A DNA stretch of 64,000 nt from the NCBI GenBank assembly GCA_973895155.1, contig OZ316898.1:2455927-2519926 (forward strand), read 5' to 3'. Under the pieces are notes generated by a model, which was given only the letters and a program-made list of their open reading frames with translations, had not been told where the DNA came from and made no database searches. Made by a program: the position numbers and the translations under genes. This document shows, in pieces, positions 12,857-26,270 of the stretch (positions within the stretch are counted from its first letter, which is position 1; each line of letters starts with the position of its first letter). The DNA is from Marsupella aquatica (Eukaryota > Plantae > Marchantiophyta).

Positions 12857-14489
12857 ATGGCGATGGTAGGGAGAGCAATGCTCCGAGCAGGTACAGGACC
12901 TGCTCAATAATCCCTTTCCAATTCCGGTAGAATTCAGTGGCTGGGTTTCTGTCCTTGTGGAGATGTTACTTTCATCAGATGTGCAATGTCTCGCTTGAAA
13001 GTTCTCTTTGCCCCTGCTTTTATCTCATTTCCCCTCTCGGATTGTTGAATTAACCAAATAACTTTTTGAGGATGAGGAGTGACGGTCTGAATGCTGTAGT
13101 TTGTCCTCTGCGCTCAGTGAATGTTGCTTCTCGAGAGTTGGAATGCTGTCCTAGTTTGCGCTTTTTGGGTTCAGGCTCTGCCTAATCTCTAAGCCTCTCT
13201 GCTTATCTGGAGGAAGTTGCATCCAGAGAATGAGATCAAGATTTGGGAGGTTGTAGTTTTTGAAGTTTTCTTTAATGTTGGTTTTTAGAACATTGGAATG
13301 AATGAAGATGTTGATCCTGGAGATGTGGTGGAATTCACTCTCTCGCAAAGTAATTTGTCTTGGATTCCTTTCTTTGTCCTGTATGATCTGGAATGGGTGT
13401 CATTGTCCGACGTTGTTTTGGTCATTGTATTTAAACGAGCTGGTTAGAAATAGTCATGCGTAAGCTTGGGTAGGTTTTGGGGTTGATTATTGGTCCAGCG
13501 CATTGACAACGGTTCTGCCGTTTAGCTTCCCTGGTCCACTCCTAGATGTCTATCGCTTTTGTTAGCCGTCGGGCTGAACCAGAATTTCATGTTGAACTCT
13601 CAAGAACGAGTGAAAATTGCCCTCAGATATCTTTGTACTTTGTGGAAGTGTTGGGATTTCTTTAGAATAAGCTTAATGTGTATGTTGATCAGCTGTTCAT
13701 TGTACTCCCCAGGTTAGAATTCAGCGGATATTGCAGTAGCAGAGGTTTTCACCAGTAACCCATTCAGATGAACGATTTAGGGTTTTCCAAAGGGTTTTGC
13801 ATGACTGCTTACAGGTCAACTGGCATTGCGAGATGGTAGATTGCCATTATGCTCTCTGAGTAATGTTTTGTACGATTTTTGTTATAATAGGTCAGAGGCA
13901 AGCATGGCCACGTAACAATGCGCTGGTTGCTCTACTACAACAGGAGAGATGGGTTGCCCAATCGACCAAGGTTTTGAATACGGAGTCAACTGCAGTCTTG
14001 GGGCAATCAAATGAAAGGGATGGTGTACAAAGGGGAGCAACTGTTGTTTACGAGGGTGCATTTTCTGACACGCTCAGGAGAGTGAAAATGCTTTCTCTTA
14101 CAACATGTTGCCTCTCAATAGCAGGGGGCCCATTCATTACGTTCTTCACTTCTCCAGATCTCTCTGTCATAATGAAGGGTGCCCTGGCGTCCACCATGGT
14201 TTGTTTGAGTGCTTCCACCACTGGTGCACTCCACTGGTTTGCAGGTCCCTACGTTCATAAACTGACTTGGAACCCTGGAGATAAGGAAGTTGAAGTGGAG
14301 GTTCTCTCGTGGTTTGCCACGAAAACTAAAAAGAAGTTCAAGTTATCAGACATTAGAACCCCTTACACCCAGCGCCCTCTAGTAACCTTTTCAGCTAACA
14401 ACGAGTATTATTTCATTGACAAAGACAACTTTCCCAACAAGGAGCTTCTTGACAAGTTGTTACCTGAAAGACGCGATAGGGTCGCTTGA
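12857..14489 (+). CDS. TMEM70-family mitochondrial inner-membrane protein (ATP synthase assembly factor-like), 210 aa
   Basis: Exon 1 12857-12890 (MAMVGRAMLRA, donor GTACAG) and exon 2 13891-14489, phase-compatible. Arg-rich acidic-poor presequence, YEGAFSDTLRRVKMLSLTTC, two hydrophobic helices, LHWFAGPYVHKL and RPLVTF motifs typical of TMEM70/TMEM186/TMEM223 proteins. Confidence 0.85.
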
Positions 14490-15583
14490 CTTTTGTGCTG
14501 GTCAATCTCTACATTGCTGTGAAAACCTGTCATTGATGACGCATTCTTTCCAAGCAATCATGCTCTACAAGTGCTTATTATTCAACGCCTCTGTCCCAGA
14601 TTTAAGCCAGCTCTTGTGCAAAAGCTTAGATCCTGAGCTTGATCGTAGTACCTGGTGAGGGTTGCGACCATTTTTGACGGATTGACATCCTTCCTATCAC
14701 CATACCATGTTACAGTGGTGAGGCCTCAATTTTGACACTTACTAGGGCATATTTTTCACCGGGGAACCGATGTTTCTCATAATTTATAGTTATAAATCAC
14801 TGAAGACGAAAGGATGGGGTTTATCTAGCTTTTACTCGAGCCGCTCGCGGGTGGTGGAGCTCGAATATTGCTTCAGTACCGCGAAACTATTGAGACTTTG
14901 AAGTAGAATTCGTCCGAGTGGATGGGGAACATAGTACGGATTTTGTTGTGAGCGGAGTATTGCTTTGAAGGTTAGCCTAGTAGCATTTCCTCAGACCATC
15001 CCTTCCACCTTCGCATCCCTGTCTTTTGCAACAATACTTACCAGCTAGATGGTTCGCATGGACTCCCTTTCTGCACCCCGTTATTCGTGTAGAAGGAAGG
15101 AGAGACAGAAGAGGAGTCTTCACTGCCATGTGAAACAGCATCATAGACATACAGAAATCAGATGTGCGTTGTGAATGGATTGGAGTGACGCAGATCAGCT
15201 AATGTATTCAGTAATTGATAAGAATAATCACTAAACTGGCTCTGTGACCCGTGTGGGTGTCTAGATGTGAATCACGATCAGAACTCTTTGTTGGAGTGTA
15301 TAATTGTGATCTTGGTTGAGTATCATTTTTTGGGGAGCAGGTCTAGCAGTTCAATGCAGCTCACAGTGTTAAAAAGCTCACAGTGAGCTTCCAACCCGAC
15401 ACCTGAGTCTCCCCACTCTTGCGTTCTACCAGTAGCCCATGGACGGCAGGATGTCCATGGCAGTTTTTTAATAGGTATTTAATGTCATTTTGCGGGCATC
15501 AAACCTGCCACTATCGGCTACCAGCGGCCACCGACTAATGGAGCAGGCCCAGCACGACAGCATTTAATGTGAATCCCGTGATT

Positions 15584-15650
15584 TATATAAGGAAATGGTA
15601 ATGAGCTGAGGGCACTCGTTTTTCTGTCTTGTCTTGTCTTGTCTTCCCTC
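15584..15650 (+). promoter_or_regulatory. TATA box followed by a pyrimidine-rich (TGTCT)n tract; candidate upstream promoter of the 4CL-like gene
   Basis: TTTATATAAG at ~15582-15591, then a CT-rich initiator-like region about 30 nt downstream. Which transcript it drives is inferred. Confidence 0.4.
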
Positions 15651-17102
15651 CATTGTTTTCTTGTCTTGTGCTGCATGAGATTGATCCCTCTGCAGTTCAC
15701 ACTTGGATCAAACAAGTGGCACTGATTTCTGAACTCTGGCCAGAAAACCTACCACTTCCCTGCCAACCAGTACGAAAACAAGACCGACTGAGAATTTCTG
15801 GAATCTGGGAACTATTGCACAACCTTGACAAGTTGACAGTAACGTACAATCATCAATTTACCAGGAGGACTGACGACTGAGGTGGCCCCACGTTTCACAC
15901 GCTTCTGGATGCCACGATTTGGGATGTGCTGAAGGAGACAACAAATTTAAAGAGAAGAGGACCAATTTACTGAACAAAGTACAATGGACTAAAGACAAAA
16001 GAGACCTGGGCTCTAGTGTCCCTCACCACATCATCAACTAAGAGTGGTCTCTCCTTTGTGTAGTAAGTGTTACGGGTGAATCAACAGCTGTAAGCCCCTG
16101 TTGTCCCTTGTGGCAAGGGAAAAAGAGAATTTTATCTCCTTTTTATCAAAGTCTCACAGTGATTTTAGTGAAGATGCATGGTTGTCCATAACTCTTCTGA
16201 AAACACTATCATATGCTGGGTTGGCCTAATGGTGGGCTTGGTCTGCTACAAGTGTCTCTGTGAAAATGCTAGATAAGGTGAAAACATGCATATGCTTGTC
16301 CACATCAGCCTGAAGACAAATAGGGGCAATCAAAGATGTAAAAACTAATCAAATGTCCACTAAACAAGGTGTAAGGTGTGGTAGTGTGTCTCCAATTTAT
16401 GAACCTAAAATGAGAGGCAAGAGGGGAAAAACCATAAAACCTGGGTATTTGTTTCCTAGGAGAATGAAAGGTTACAGAATTTTGAACTCTTGAAGTCACC
16501 AGTGTAAAAGCCCCAAGGACTCCCATCACAACGTTTCCACAATTTGGGTGTCCGGCAGACTGAAATAATCTGTCCTTGGTTTTCGAAAGGGGGATTAGAA
16601 AATTCGTTGTCGGTGGTCACAGGATTCGAATTGACAATCGAACGCATCATTTGGACTATTGTCAAACAATCTGTACTCTGTCTCCATTTCATGTTTCGAC
16701 AATTGGGTCGCGGCTGTCAAATTTGCATGTCGGTCTTTGAAGAAATGGTAGAGATATGGCCCCAGCTCCAGCTCCTTTCTCTTTGGCAACTACCAGCACG
16801 CTTGGACGGGTCGATTGGGCACTGAGAGAAAGGAGAATTGTGTTCTAGAGGCAGAGCTGAAGATATGTGGACAAGATATGTGGACAAGATATGTAACCGG
16901 CCATGAAATTTTCCTGAGTTTGGAGGTCATGGAATAGCAACCATGACAATCATACCATCTCAATCATACCATCTCTCATGCAGTTCGGTACACGGTTGAG
17001 CTGAGCGGGTTGTGGTTCGAAGAGCAGAAAAAATTGATCATTACGCTGGAGGGAAGGGAGGGAAAGCAAGAAGGGGAAGCAAGAAATTGAAGCTTTTCCA
17101 AG

Positions 17103-20100
17103 ATGGTTTACATGAAACTCGTTGAGTCGTCATGTGAGGAAGGGAGTGGGTATAAAGATGGGATTTTCTACAGCAAGCGGCCAAATTTGCCGATTCCTGA
17201 GGATCCTTACTTAGATTTGACCACATTTTCGTTTGATCATCCCTACATGGACAGAGTAGCTGTGGTGGATGCTCCGACGGGTAAGAGCGTGACTTACGCA
17301 GAAGTGAAGCACCTCGTATACAGTGTGGCTGCTGGCTTGGCAGACATAGGAGTGAGGCAGGGTGATGTGGTGATGCTCCTGACTCTTAACGGCATTCATT
17401 TCCCAATTTTGGTATATGCCATTCTTTCCATGGGGGCTGTGGTCACCACTGTCAACCCTGCAAACCTGAGCTCGGAAATAAGCAAGCAGGCAAAGGACTC
17501 CGGCACCAAGTTTGTCATTTCAACTCCTGGGATCGCGGGAAAAATTGCTGCTTTGAGATTACCCATTATTTTGATAGACACTATTGATGGCGATGATCCA
17601 GCACAGGCTAAGGGCATCGGTCCTGTATCCTATCTGTCGGAGCTCTACAAAGGGGATCCAAGCAGAGCTCCGAAAGTCCGCATCAGGCAAACTGACCTTG
17701 CAATGCTGCTTTATTCGTCTGGTACTACAGGGCTCAGTAAAGGAGTGAAACTTAGCCATAGAAATGCCATATCAGCATCTGCAAGCTCCGAAGACCCCTC
17801 CAACGACCCAAACAAGCAGCGTAGCTACCTCGTTTCCATTCCTTTCTACCATGTCTATGGTATGATTGTCATGGTTGCTGCTCAGATGAAAAGAGGGTCC
17901 AGACTGATCATCATGCCGAGGTTTGAGCTGTCCAAGTTCCTTGCAAATATCGAGCGCTATAGAGCCACTCATCTGACTATTGTCCCTCCCATTTTAGTCG
18001 CTCTAGTAAAGAGCCCTCTTGTGGACAAATATGACTGGAGTTCTGTTGACTTGATTGGAGTTGGATCCGCTCCTGTTGGGAAGGAGTTAATTCATGCTAC
18101 TGCTGAAAGGTACAAGGGTGTTTTTCTCAGACAGGTGCTCCTCAGACTTTTCTATACCTTCCATCAATTCAGCTTTTATCATACCTCTTAATTTTGATCA
18201 ATTTTACTTCCCCGGCTTTTTCGTTTCCTTTTGTCTCAATAGTTTTTCACAACGCCGCGTTCCGAGAAAGTGACGCATGTGTATTGATTTCAACCATACT
18301 ACAGGGCTTTGGCATGACGGAAACGTGTGCGATGGGTTCGACCACTCCTGTTGTTGCAAATTCCAAAGCCCCATATGGCTCCGTCGGAATTATAGCAGCC
18401 AACATCGAAGCGAGGATCGTCGATTTAGATTCTGGAAAGCCTTTGCCTCCTAATCAGAGTGGAGAATTTTGGGTGCGTGGACCTTGTGTAATGGAAGGTA
18501 CTGCTGCCCCCTTTGTAATCCATGTAATGAATGGCCTTCACAGTTGTGGATTATGATTTTGCTAGGATTTGGGTTTTCATCTTCTTATCCTTGCTGTTTG
18601 AATTGGTATCAATGGTACTGTGGAGTTAACGTCACTGGGAAACGTTACTAAGATTGTATCGTTTTGTATTTAGAAGGGTGCAACAGAGAGAAATAGGTTT
18701 ATTTCTGGCTATTCGACAAAGGTTTTTGGGGATTTGAGAGTTTCATAGGCCGGTACTGACGTACTAATGAATATCTTTGATTGTCCGTACAATCTTGCTA
18801 CAAAGGCCTGTAGAATTTGATTTTGTGTTTACCACCTTTCATCCGCGTTGTTTTTGACTTCCAGGCTATCTGAATAACGAGAAGGCAACGGCAGAAACTT
18901 TGGATAAAGATGGGTGGTTGCATTCTGGGGATATTGCCTACTTTGATGAGAATGGGTACTTGTTTATTGTGGATAGACTGAAAGAGTTGATTAAGTACAA
19001 TGGACTTCAGGTACTGTTACGGTCCATCACTACAAAATACTCTCTGCATCTATTTTTGTTGTCCCTCATCCGACTTTATCTCATGTTTTGTGTCTTTTGC
19101 TTTTTCGTTTTTCAGCAGACGCAACTATGGATGCGTCAGCAATAGGGTCTACCCATTACTGGGATAGCTTTTCACTAATCGGCTGCTCCCTTGGTTGTGT
19201 AAACACTTCTAGTAGTTATGGACCTCTTAACAAGCGAAGAGTTTTTAGATTTGCTCAGTGTCGAGTCTCGTGATTCATGAATTGTCGGTCATGTTTCATC
19301 ACTTTTCTGTGGACCAAGAATTACAGAAGAGGTGTTGAGATTTAGCTCGTCTGAACCATATAATACTACCACGAATTGAAGCTTGTGGATCCGTTCTGCA
19401 CCGCAGGAGCAGCAATTTCAGCTTAAATGAAATAGATACTGGGTAGATATATTCTAGGTACGACCTTGCTCTGGTTTGTATAATGGGTACTATATTGATG
19501 GTGAGCTAGAAGGCATTCTAAACCTTTTTAGATAGTCAGGCACAATGACAAGCAAGGTATTAGTACGTACCCAAAGTCCACTGAAAATGATGCTGAAGAT
19601 CAGCGTCACTCTCAATCTATTGAATTCAACGCTACAATGGAACGTTTTTGGCACATAGGTTTGTGACAGACAGGGATTTTCAATCATTTGCTGATAGATG
19701 GTGGCTGCTTGAATCTGCAGGTTGCACCGGCAGAACTGGAAGGGCTTTTACTCTCACACCCTGAGATATTTGATGTTGCAGTCACAGGGTAATTCTCTCC
19801 TCGCTGTGGTAATGTAATCCGGCCTTGTACATATGGTCTGGGTGCTTGCTGACTGAGCCCTTAGTGCTGACCTAGACTCTCCTGTTCAAGATTTTATATT
19901 CATTGATATCTGCTGTGGATTGCATGGAAAGTTATTTCCTCTTCACATTGATGGAATCCTTCTTAGCTCGAGAACCTTTGACAGTCTCAACAAGTACGGT
20001 ATGCACATTTAACATATATAGGACCGAGTTTGAGTTGTTTTTATTGAAACAACGGTGTCAATTTTTCATGGTTGTTTTCAGTTTTCCGGATGAGCAGACC

Positions 20101-20660
20101 GGGCAAATACCAGTGGCTTTTGTAGTGAGAAAAAGTAGTTCGCTTACTGAAGAGGACGTGATGAGCTTCGTTGCAAAGCAGGTAACTTCATGCCCATTGT
20201 TGTTTATACGAAGACTGCCCTGACTTTGGATTTCATTTTCATCTGGTTTAGCAATCCATCATGCAAGAGAGATTGCTCTATCTGTAGCCTCCACCCTATC
20301 GCAAAATAAAAGTGTCAGATCATCTTGATCCCATTTCAAATGCTTGCTCTTATGTCTGTCAATTTCGCACTCCATTCATCCTGGAAATAAAGTTTAAAGA
20401 CATATTGCACTGGAGCATGTCAAGAAGTTCAGTTAAAATCCTGAAAATAGAGATGCCCACTGAACATGTAGCTGAAAGATTTATTCGGCTTTGATAGAGC
20501 CATCACAGACAGCACACCTCTTACGGTTGAGTGGCTGTCTGAGCAGGTGTCTCCTTACAAAAAGGTGCGAAAAGTTTTCTTTGTGAAAAGTATTCCGAAG
20601 TCCGCATCAGGGAAAATATTAAGACGAGAACTGAAGCCACCACCAACGTCAAAGCTTTGA
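17103..20660 (+). CDS. 4-coumarate:CoA ligase-like acyl-activating enzyme with PTS1 (peroxisomal), 550 aa
   Basis: Exons 17103-18134, 18305-18497, 18865-19010, 19721-19788, 20082-20181, 20547-20660 (1653 nt, GT-AG). AMP-binding [56 protein letters not shown]-terminal SKL. Confidence 0.95.
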
Positions 20661-21960
20661 TGTCAATATACTTTCAACAACACCACAACGGGTTGCAGGT
20701 GTATTTTCTGACTTCGTATCTAGGAGAGGCAAGCCTTTAAAAACTCTATAAATGTTCACGCGAGAAATGTCTTCAGCCATCGAACCAACATTTGGCTTGT
20801 CTTCAAGTTGCTTCTTGTCAAATTCTTACTTGAACACAGTCTGGGAGCTCTTCGAATCTTCTGCTCCAGGATTTCATCAGTGACATTTACACAAGAAGGT
20901 TTTATTTGGGTAGTGTACCACTCTTGGATTGTATGTACACTAGTAGAAACTTGCAGAATGATAGCAAGACAGTAAGATGGCCATACCAGATCCTTTGAGC
21001 CGGGCAAATTTCGTTTGGGATCAAAATGTTGCAGCAGCTTACAGTAGGAAGAATGGACACATAAATTATTGGATGCAGCTTTGCATGTGAAGTACTGAAC
21101 ATTTCAACTACAAAGTTACCTTGTATGTGCCCAATTGGGCATTCTTAATGCCTCGAAGGATTTTAATGCCTGGAAGGATTTTAATGTTTGTAATTTCTGG
21201 TGCTTTGTTGGCAAACAACTCACATTCGTGATTTGGATTGGGGCATGAAGAAAATAGAGAATCTTCTGGACTCTATGCCCTTCAAAACTTGTGCTTATCT
21301 CTTAGACTCTATGCCCCTCAAACTTGTGGTATAATCTCTTAGACTTTATGCCCCTCAAAACTTGGGCTAAAGCACTCGTTTTGGGGGGATATACCGTACA
21401 CAATGCAACAGGCCACTACTATACCAATGGACTTTATCAGGTTGGCCTAGATAACTGTCGGGCATTTTTAGTCTAAGTGGGTGACATCAATAGGGCCATC
21501 ATGACATCAGGCAAGTTTGAAACATTGCCTTACATTGTTATTACAATTAAAATGCTTCCACATAGCAATGATAACATGAAGGTTTTCCAAAAGCAGGTTC
21601 CTCTAACACTGAAAAAGCCTCGGTAGATCACTATGTTTGACACCAAGCTTGGATGGATCATCCTCACATAGTGTCTTTTGTGTGTATAAATGCTGACCCT
21701 TTAGGGTCTTAGAAGCAGCTAGTTCCATACTCGAGTTGAGTCATCAAACAATGATTAGGGTTTGTCTGACTACAAGTGGGAACCAGGGTTGTCCGGCTTC
21801 TCTTGAGGTTCAAAACATTTTGAAGAATAAACAAGTAGAATTGAAAGAAATGATAATCCAAAAGTACAAAATTGGTTACAATTGGCTATTTTTCCACGTG
21901 GTCTTCATTATTTGGAAAATTACTTTTCAGTTTTCAAGTTGTTTTAAGGTTCACGGGTCT

Positions 21961-22102
21961 AACTGCTTTGCTCTTGTTGTTAAACACAAACATCCATGTT
22001 TGTTGCAAACATAGTTGTTCTTGTAATGGAAAACTGCTTTGCTCTTGTTGTTAAACACAAACATCCATGTTTGTTGCAAACATAGTTGTTCTTGTAATGG
22101 AA
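21961..22102. repeat. Perfect 71-bp tandem duplication inside a dispersed repeat (related copy ~23770-23900)
   Basis: AACTGCTTTGCTCTTGTTGTTAAACAC...GTAATGGAA occurs twice. The downstream GCAAGCTACT(T)CTCATGGG block recurs at ~23843. Confidence 0.9.
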
Positions 22103-24013
22103 ACGGCTGATGTGGCAAAACATGGTGCGAGGAATTTTGCAAGCTACTTCTCATGGGGGTCGGTAAAAAACACCCACCAAATACCAATCAGCTATGGTTT
22201 TCTTACATTCTGAGGGGAGCCAAGTGGTGGCTACCTCCCCAAGGTGGGAGTTGGTCTTTCACTATCAAACAAATGATGATTTTCCAGCTTTCCTTATAAT
22301 ATAGAGTGCCATTGATCAATTACATTTGGCAATTTGCTGTTGGTCAATAGCATCATAAAAAGTGTGATCATTTTCAACATTCAAATAAATTTTATGGCAA
22401 ACAGTAAAACTAGCTATCTCTTGTCAAAGGTTTGATGTAGGGAAGTTGTCTTCAGATTTTCATTGTAAAGAAGTTCTCACCGGGTTTGAGAGAAGAAATC
22501 ACTTTGTACAATCCTATATAACATCCACTATAGACTGGCAAGCTCTCAAGCTGCCCTATGAGTGTCCCAGTGAGTGTTCCCCTCCTCTCCTCTCTCTCTC
22601 TCTCCAGTCTCCAACTCTTGAAGACTGATCTCTAGTGTAAACACGACAAAGTGCTACTCCAGTGAATACCCCCTCTCCACTAGTCTAACCTCAGTGACCT
22701 TTAACTGTGGTTAGTTTGTGCCCCAGTTAACCTAACCAGGCACTGGAGTTATCCTCTGAGTTATCTTTCATCTTTGAAGGTAGATCTATATTAGGCCCTA
22801 CCCTCCCTGGGTGCTCCCCTCCCTGGCTTGCTCCCACTTCTGTTATCCTGCAGTGGTAACTTGGATTTGCAATCCTCAATTGCAAAAGGTTATTTCTACT
22901 TGCTTCCAGACTTTTGTGGGTGGCCATATAAAAATTGCAACCAAGAAGTTTTCTCAGTTACTGTTTTCCAGTGTTTCACTTATGCCGAGCCAAAACATCT
23001 GTTCCTTGCCAATTTCAACAGATAACACTATTTTCCATGGGCATTTTGTCTCATTTAAACTCTTTGAGACTCTTGTGTCTGGAATTTTATTTCACAAGCC
23101 TGAATGTCAATTCTTTGAATGTTTATAAATATGATGATAAAAATCATCATGTATGATCATCATTTTGACATATATACATAGTGTCTCATGGGTTTTTCAT
23201 CCACAATAATTTGGTGGGGCCTTAGAGTCACGGTTTAGAACTTCACTGTAGAAGCCTAGAACCCAGCTCTAGCTTCTCATCAATATTAGTAAGATTCTCG
23301 TTTCAGGAATGGCCTGCATCTTTTTTCAGCCCACCATTTTTGTGCCATGCATTTTTAATGTATTTAATCTTTTGCGGGAACTTACTTACCAAGTGTGGTC
23401 CATCAACCTGACAGGCCCGCCACATTAATTAAGGAGTACATTGATAAGTTATTATGAATGTGATGACCACGTAAAGACCAATTTTATTTTATTTTTACAA
23501 GAGAGAATCATAAAGTTTAGTTTTCTTTGTTTGCTCAGTCCATAAAGGGTGATATTTTGCTCTTGAACCTCAATGAATTATGCCATTTGTACGCCAGGGG
23601 CCCACTTTACAAAATGATGCAGAACTGGCAGAAATACAGTTGTATTCTCTTCACCACAATACTTCCCCAATTATATTTAATTTTTGTTTGTCTTAAAAGA
23701 GCCAAATTAGTGAGTGTATCCAGTGAGAGTGTAACAACTGGTGAGTTAATACAAAGGGTGGTTTAAGACAAATTAGCTTTAGAAACATGGTAATTTGTGT
23801 TTGCGATGGAAATGAGATGGCTGCAGTTGGTGCAAGGCATTCTGCAAGCTACTCTCATGGGAGTCTGCAAACAAAACCATGAAAACAACCAAAAATGGAT
23901 CAGTGCGTACCCAAGCAAGGGGGATAAACCCAAGGAACACCAACAAAGAAAGGGGATGGCTCATTCTGTTTTCCCACACAAATTATTCATCACCCGGAGA
24001 TTTGTATAGCCTT

Positions 24014-24352
24014 GGTAACAGGGCACTCTGGGCTATGAAGCCCCCAAAAGTGAGGGTTACAGCTCTAGTTTTGAGGGGCTATTATTAGCCATAATGCAAT
24101 AGAGAATTAATAGAGAAGTTTTTAAGTTTTACTATTTTATGTAGGGGAGAAGCTTCATAATTCCTCTATACAAATCTGGACTGTGCAATCTCCTTCATAT
24201 GTGCACCAAAAATCACTAAGGCAATAATCATAGCTTGAGTCTTCAAAGTGCTTTAATGTGCTCTTACCAAAACCATATTGACAATAATAGCCCCTCAAAA
24301 GTTGAGCTAAACCCTATTTTTCAGGCATTGTGGACCACTATGCTCTGTAGTA
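24014..24352. mobile_element. Foldback/MITE-like element with ~80-bp imperfect TIRs
   Basis: Perfect 18-bp inverted core TTTTGAGGGGCTATTATT (24069-24086) / AATAATAGCCCCTCAAAA (24283-24300), extending imperfectly on both sides. Related sequence at ~36110-36620. Confidence 0.7.
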
Positions 24353-24872
24353 AACAGATTGCAACATATTCATTTGGCCCAATTCACACAATTGTTTTCT
24401 CTTGAACCCTCATGCATGTGCCCTTGGCCGCACCCACCTTCCTTGCCTTTTCTGGAAGAGATTTCAATGCAGGATCTGATATGCTTTCCGTAGCAACCGA
24501 GGTACTTTAGTTTTGGAAAGGGGTTTTAGATTTTTGAGTCCCAATGGATTCCCACTAGATATGGCACTTTGTTGCAGAAAGTAGTCACCATGAAGGAACT
24601 GTTGCACTTTTGTTCCCTGGCAAAAGAACTGTTATAAGAATTGGAAAGAAAGTCACGAGGAATAATTCTTCCAAGCCAAGTGCATTATTGTGCCTCTTGA
24701 TAGTGTCCATTGCTGATCAATTATAACGAACATGACAAGTCCATAGGTAGCACTCAAAAATGTGAGGACATACACTGACATTTCTTCACCTTCTATGCAC
24801 AATAGCCAGCACATAATAATAGACAAGTTGTATGGCTGACTTGTGTGATGAGGAGTACATTATAAATGGGTC

Positions 24873-25003
24873 CTGGTAACTGCACATCAAAATATGACAT
24901 ATGTGGTGTAGAACATCATTCCATATCATGATAATTTTTGTTACTTTCTTTAAATCAATGAGTGCACACCCTATATAACCACATTTTGATGCGTGATTAC
25001 TGG
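24873..25003. mobile_element. Small MITE-like element, copy 2
   Basis: Colinear with 11551-11669. Inverted ends GTAACTGCACATCAAAATATG / CACATTTTGATGCGTGATTAC. Confidence 0.65.
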
Positions 25004-25589
25004 CAAGGTAATAAAGGACAGCATTGAGAGAGAATGTGAGATTACTGGCAGGGATACAGGGTGTGTCAAAGCACTTCCATGACAAAAGTCTGAGGAGTGT
25101 GACTTTTATATGTCAGATCCTTATGGGACACTCTATAGGTAGCCAATAAAGTTTTTGTCCCAACTATAAAACCATTTTAACATCTCACTTAAGGTCCTGT
25201 TTTGACAATCCCTAATGGGCAGCATTTAATAACAAACACCATTGAAGAGCCAAATCCAATGGGCAACCATAAATGAGTGTCTAAGGAACTAAAGCTCACC
25301 CAAAATAGGTTTGTGGAGTTAGATGTGCAATTTTTTCAATGGGGAATGGACAGTGCAGCTCGTGATGATTCTAATAAGGTGTCTCATAAACGGAAAAAAA
25401 AACTGGCACCTCACGGGAGGGCCAGTAAGGCAGTTGAGAGCACCGCAAGAGGATGCAAATGGGCAATTATTGTTTAGGGTACATAAAAATGACTGGCCTC
25501 ATAACACTTTGAAACCGGGGAGTCTTACGGTCCCGGGCGTGACTGGTTGGGTTTCACAATCGGTGCCCGACCAATCATGATTGTTATCC

Positions 25590-25802
25590 CAAACCACAAC
25601 ACTCGGAGCAGTAAAAGCAGAAAAATGGACTTAGTGACTTAGTTGAGAGAGCACTAAAAGCAGAAAAATGGACTTAGTTGAGACGCCCTAACCTTGTCAC
25701 AAACCACAACACGTGGGAGCACTAAAAGCAGAAAAGTGGACTTAGTTGAGACCCCTAAAAGCAGAAAAATGTACTTATTTGAGACTTATTTGAGACGCCC
25801 TA
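25590..25802. repeat. Four copies of TAAAAGCAGAAAAATGGACTTAG(TTGAGA)
   Basis: Units start at 25612, 25655, 25723 and 25756, arranged as a duplicated dimer. Confidence 0.9.
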
Positions 25803-25990
25803 AGGAAGTACAGAACCGCAGTTTTCGCGAAAATTGACGCTCGTCTGTCATGGGAATGGTCCAGATGGACAGAAAATGTAGATATTTTTGGAAAGTATCC
25901 ATCTGAGTTCTGAATCAGGTGGAAGTCTGGATCTGTGACACCGCAGCTCCGATATGGAAAGAAAACTACAACTTCGGCGTGGTCCTCCAG

Positions 25991-26152
25991 GATTTCAGGG
26001 AGTGGAGAGATGGCCCTCGTAGATCGAGTAGAGAGACATTGAAAATCTGCTGTGGGTGAGCTCGTAATCACGATTTCAGGGAGTGGAGAGATGGCCCTCA
26101 TAGATCGAGTAGAGAGACATTGAAGATCTGCTGTGGATGAGCTCGTCATCAC
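25991..26152. repeat. 81-bp tandem duplication
   Basis: GATTTCAGGGAGTGGAGAGATGGCCCTC... at 25991 and 26072, few mismatches. Confidence 0.9.
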
Positions 26153-26270
26153 TCGGGCCATGCTGTAGAGCCGTCAATTTGTGGACTGGATCCGGCGGGT
26201 CGGTGGCGGAGAAGGTTTTTGTGATTTTGATCTAACGATGTCGTTGTGAAAGTCTTGCAGAATCTCCGTC

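Noticed and set aside
13815-13835. In-frame 21-nt micro-exon in the TMEM70-like intron
   Set aside because: Weak donor (GTAGAT), and the following intron would be only 55 nt. No support without transcripts.
14790-14830. Superficial likeness to the 5' end of plant RNase MRP RNA
   Set aside because: The conserved GGAAAGUCCCC core and the upstream USE promoter element are absent.
15375-15450. tRNA-like sequence on the minus strand with A/B-box-like motifs
   Set aside because: No acceptor stem, TTC loop or cloverleaf can be formed. At most a decayed SINE head.
22464-22770. Possible solo LTR (TGTAAAGA...TCTTTCA)
   Set aside because: No TSD and no second copy in the window.
24640-24750. Ulp1-protease-like peptide FFQAKCIIVPLDSVHC*
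   Set aside because: Too short and degenerate to support.
25590-25802. CRISPR-like array of ~29-nt repeats
   Set aside because: Spacers are irregular and partly duplicated, there are no cas genes and the context is eukaryotic. It is a duplicated dimer.
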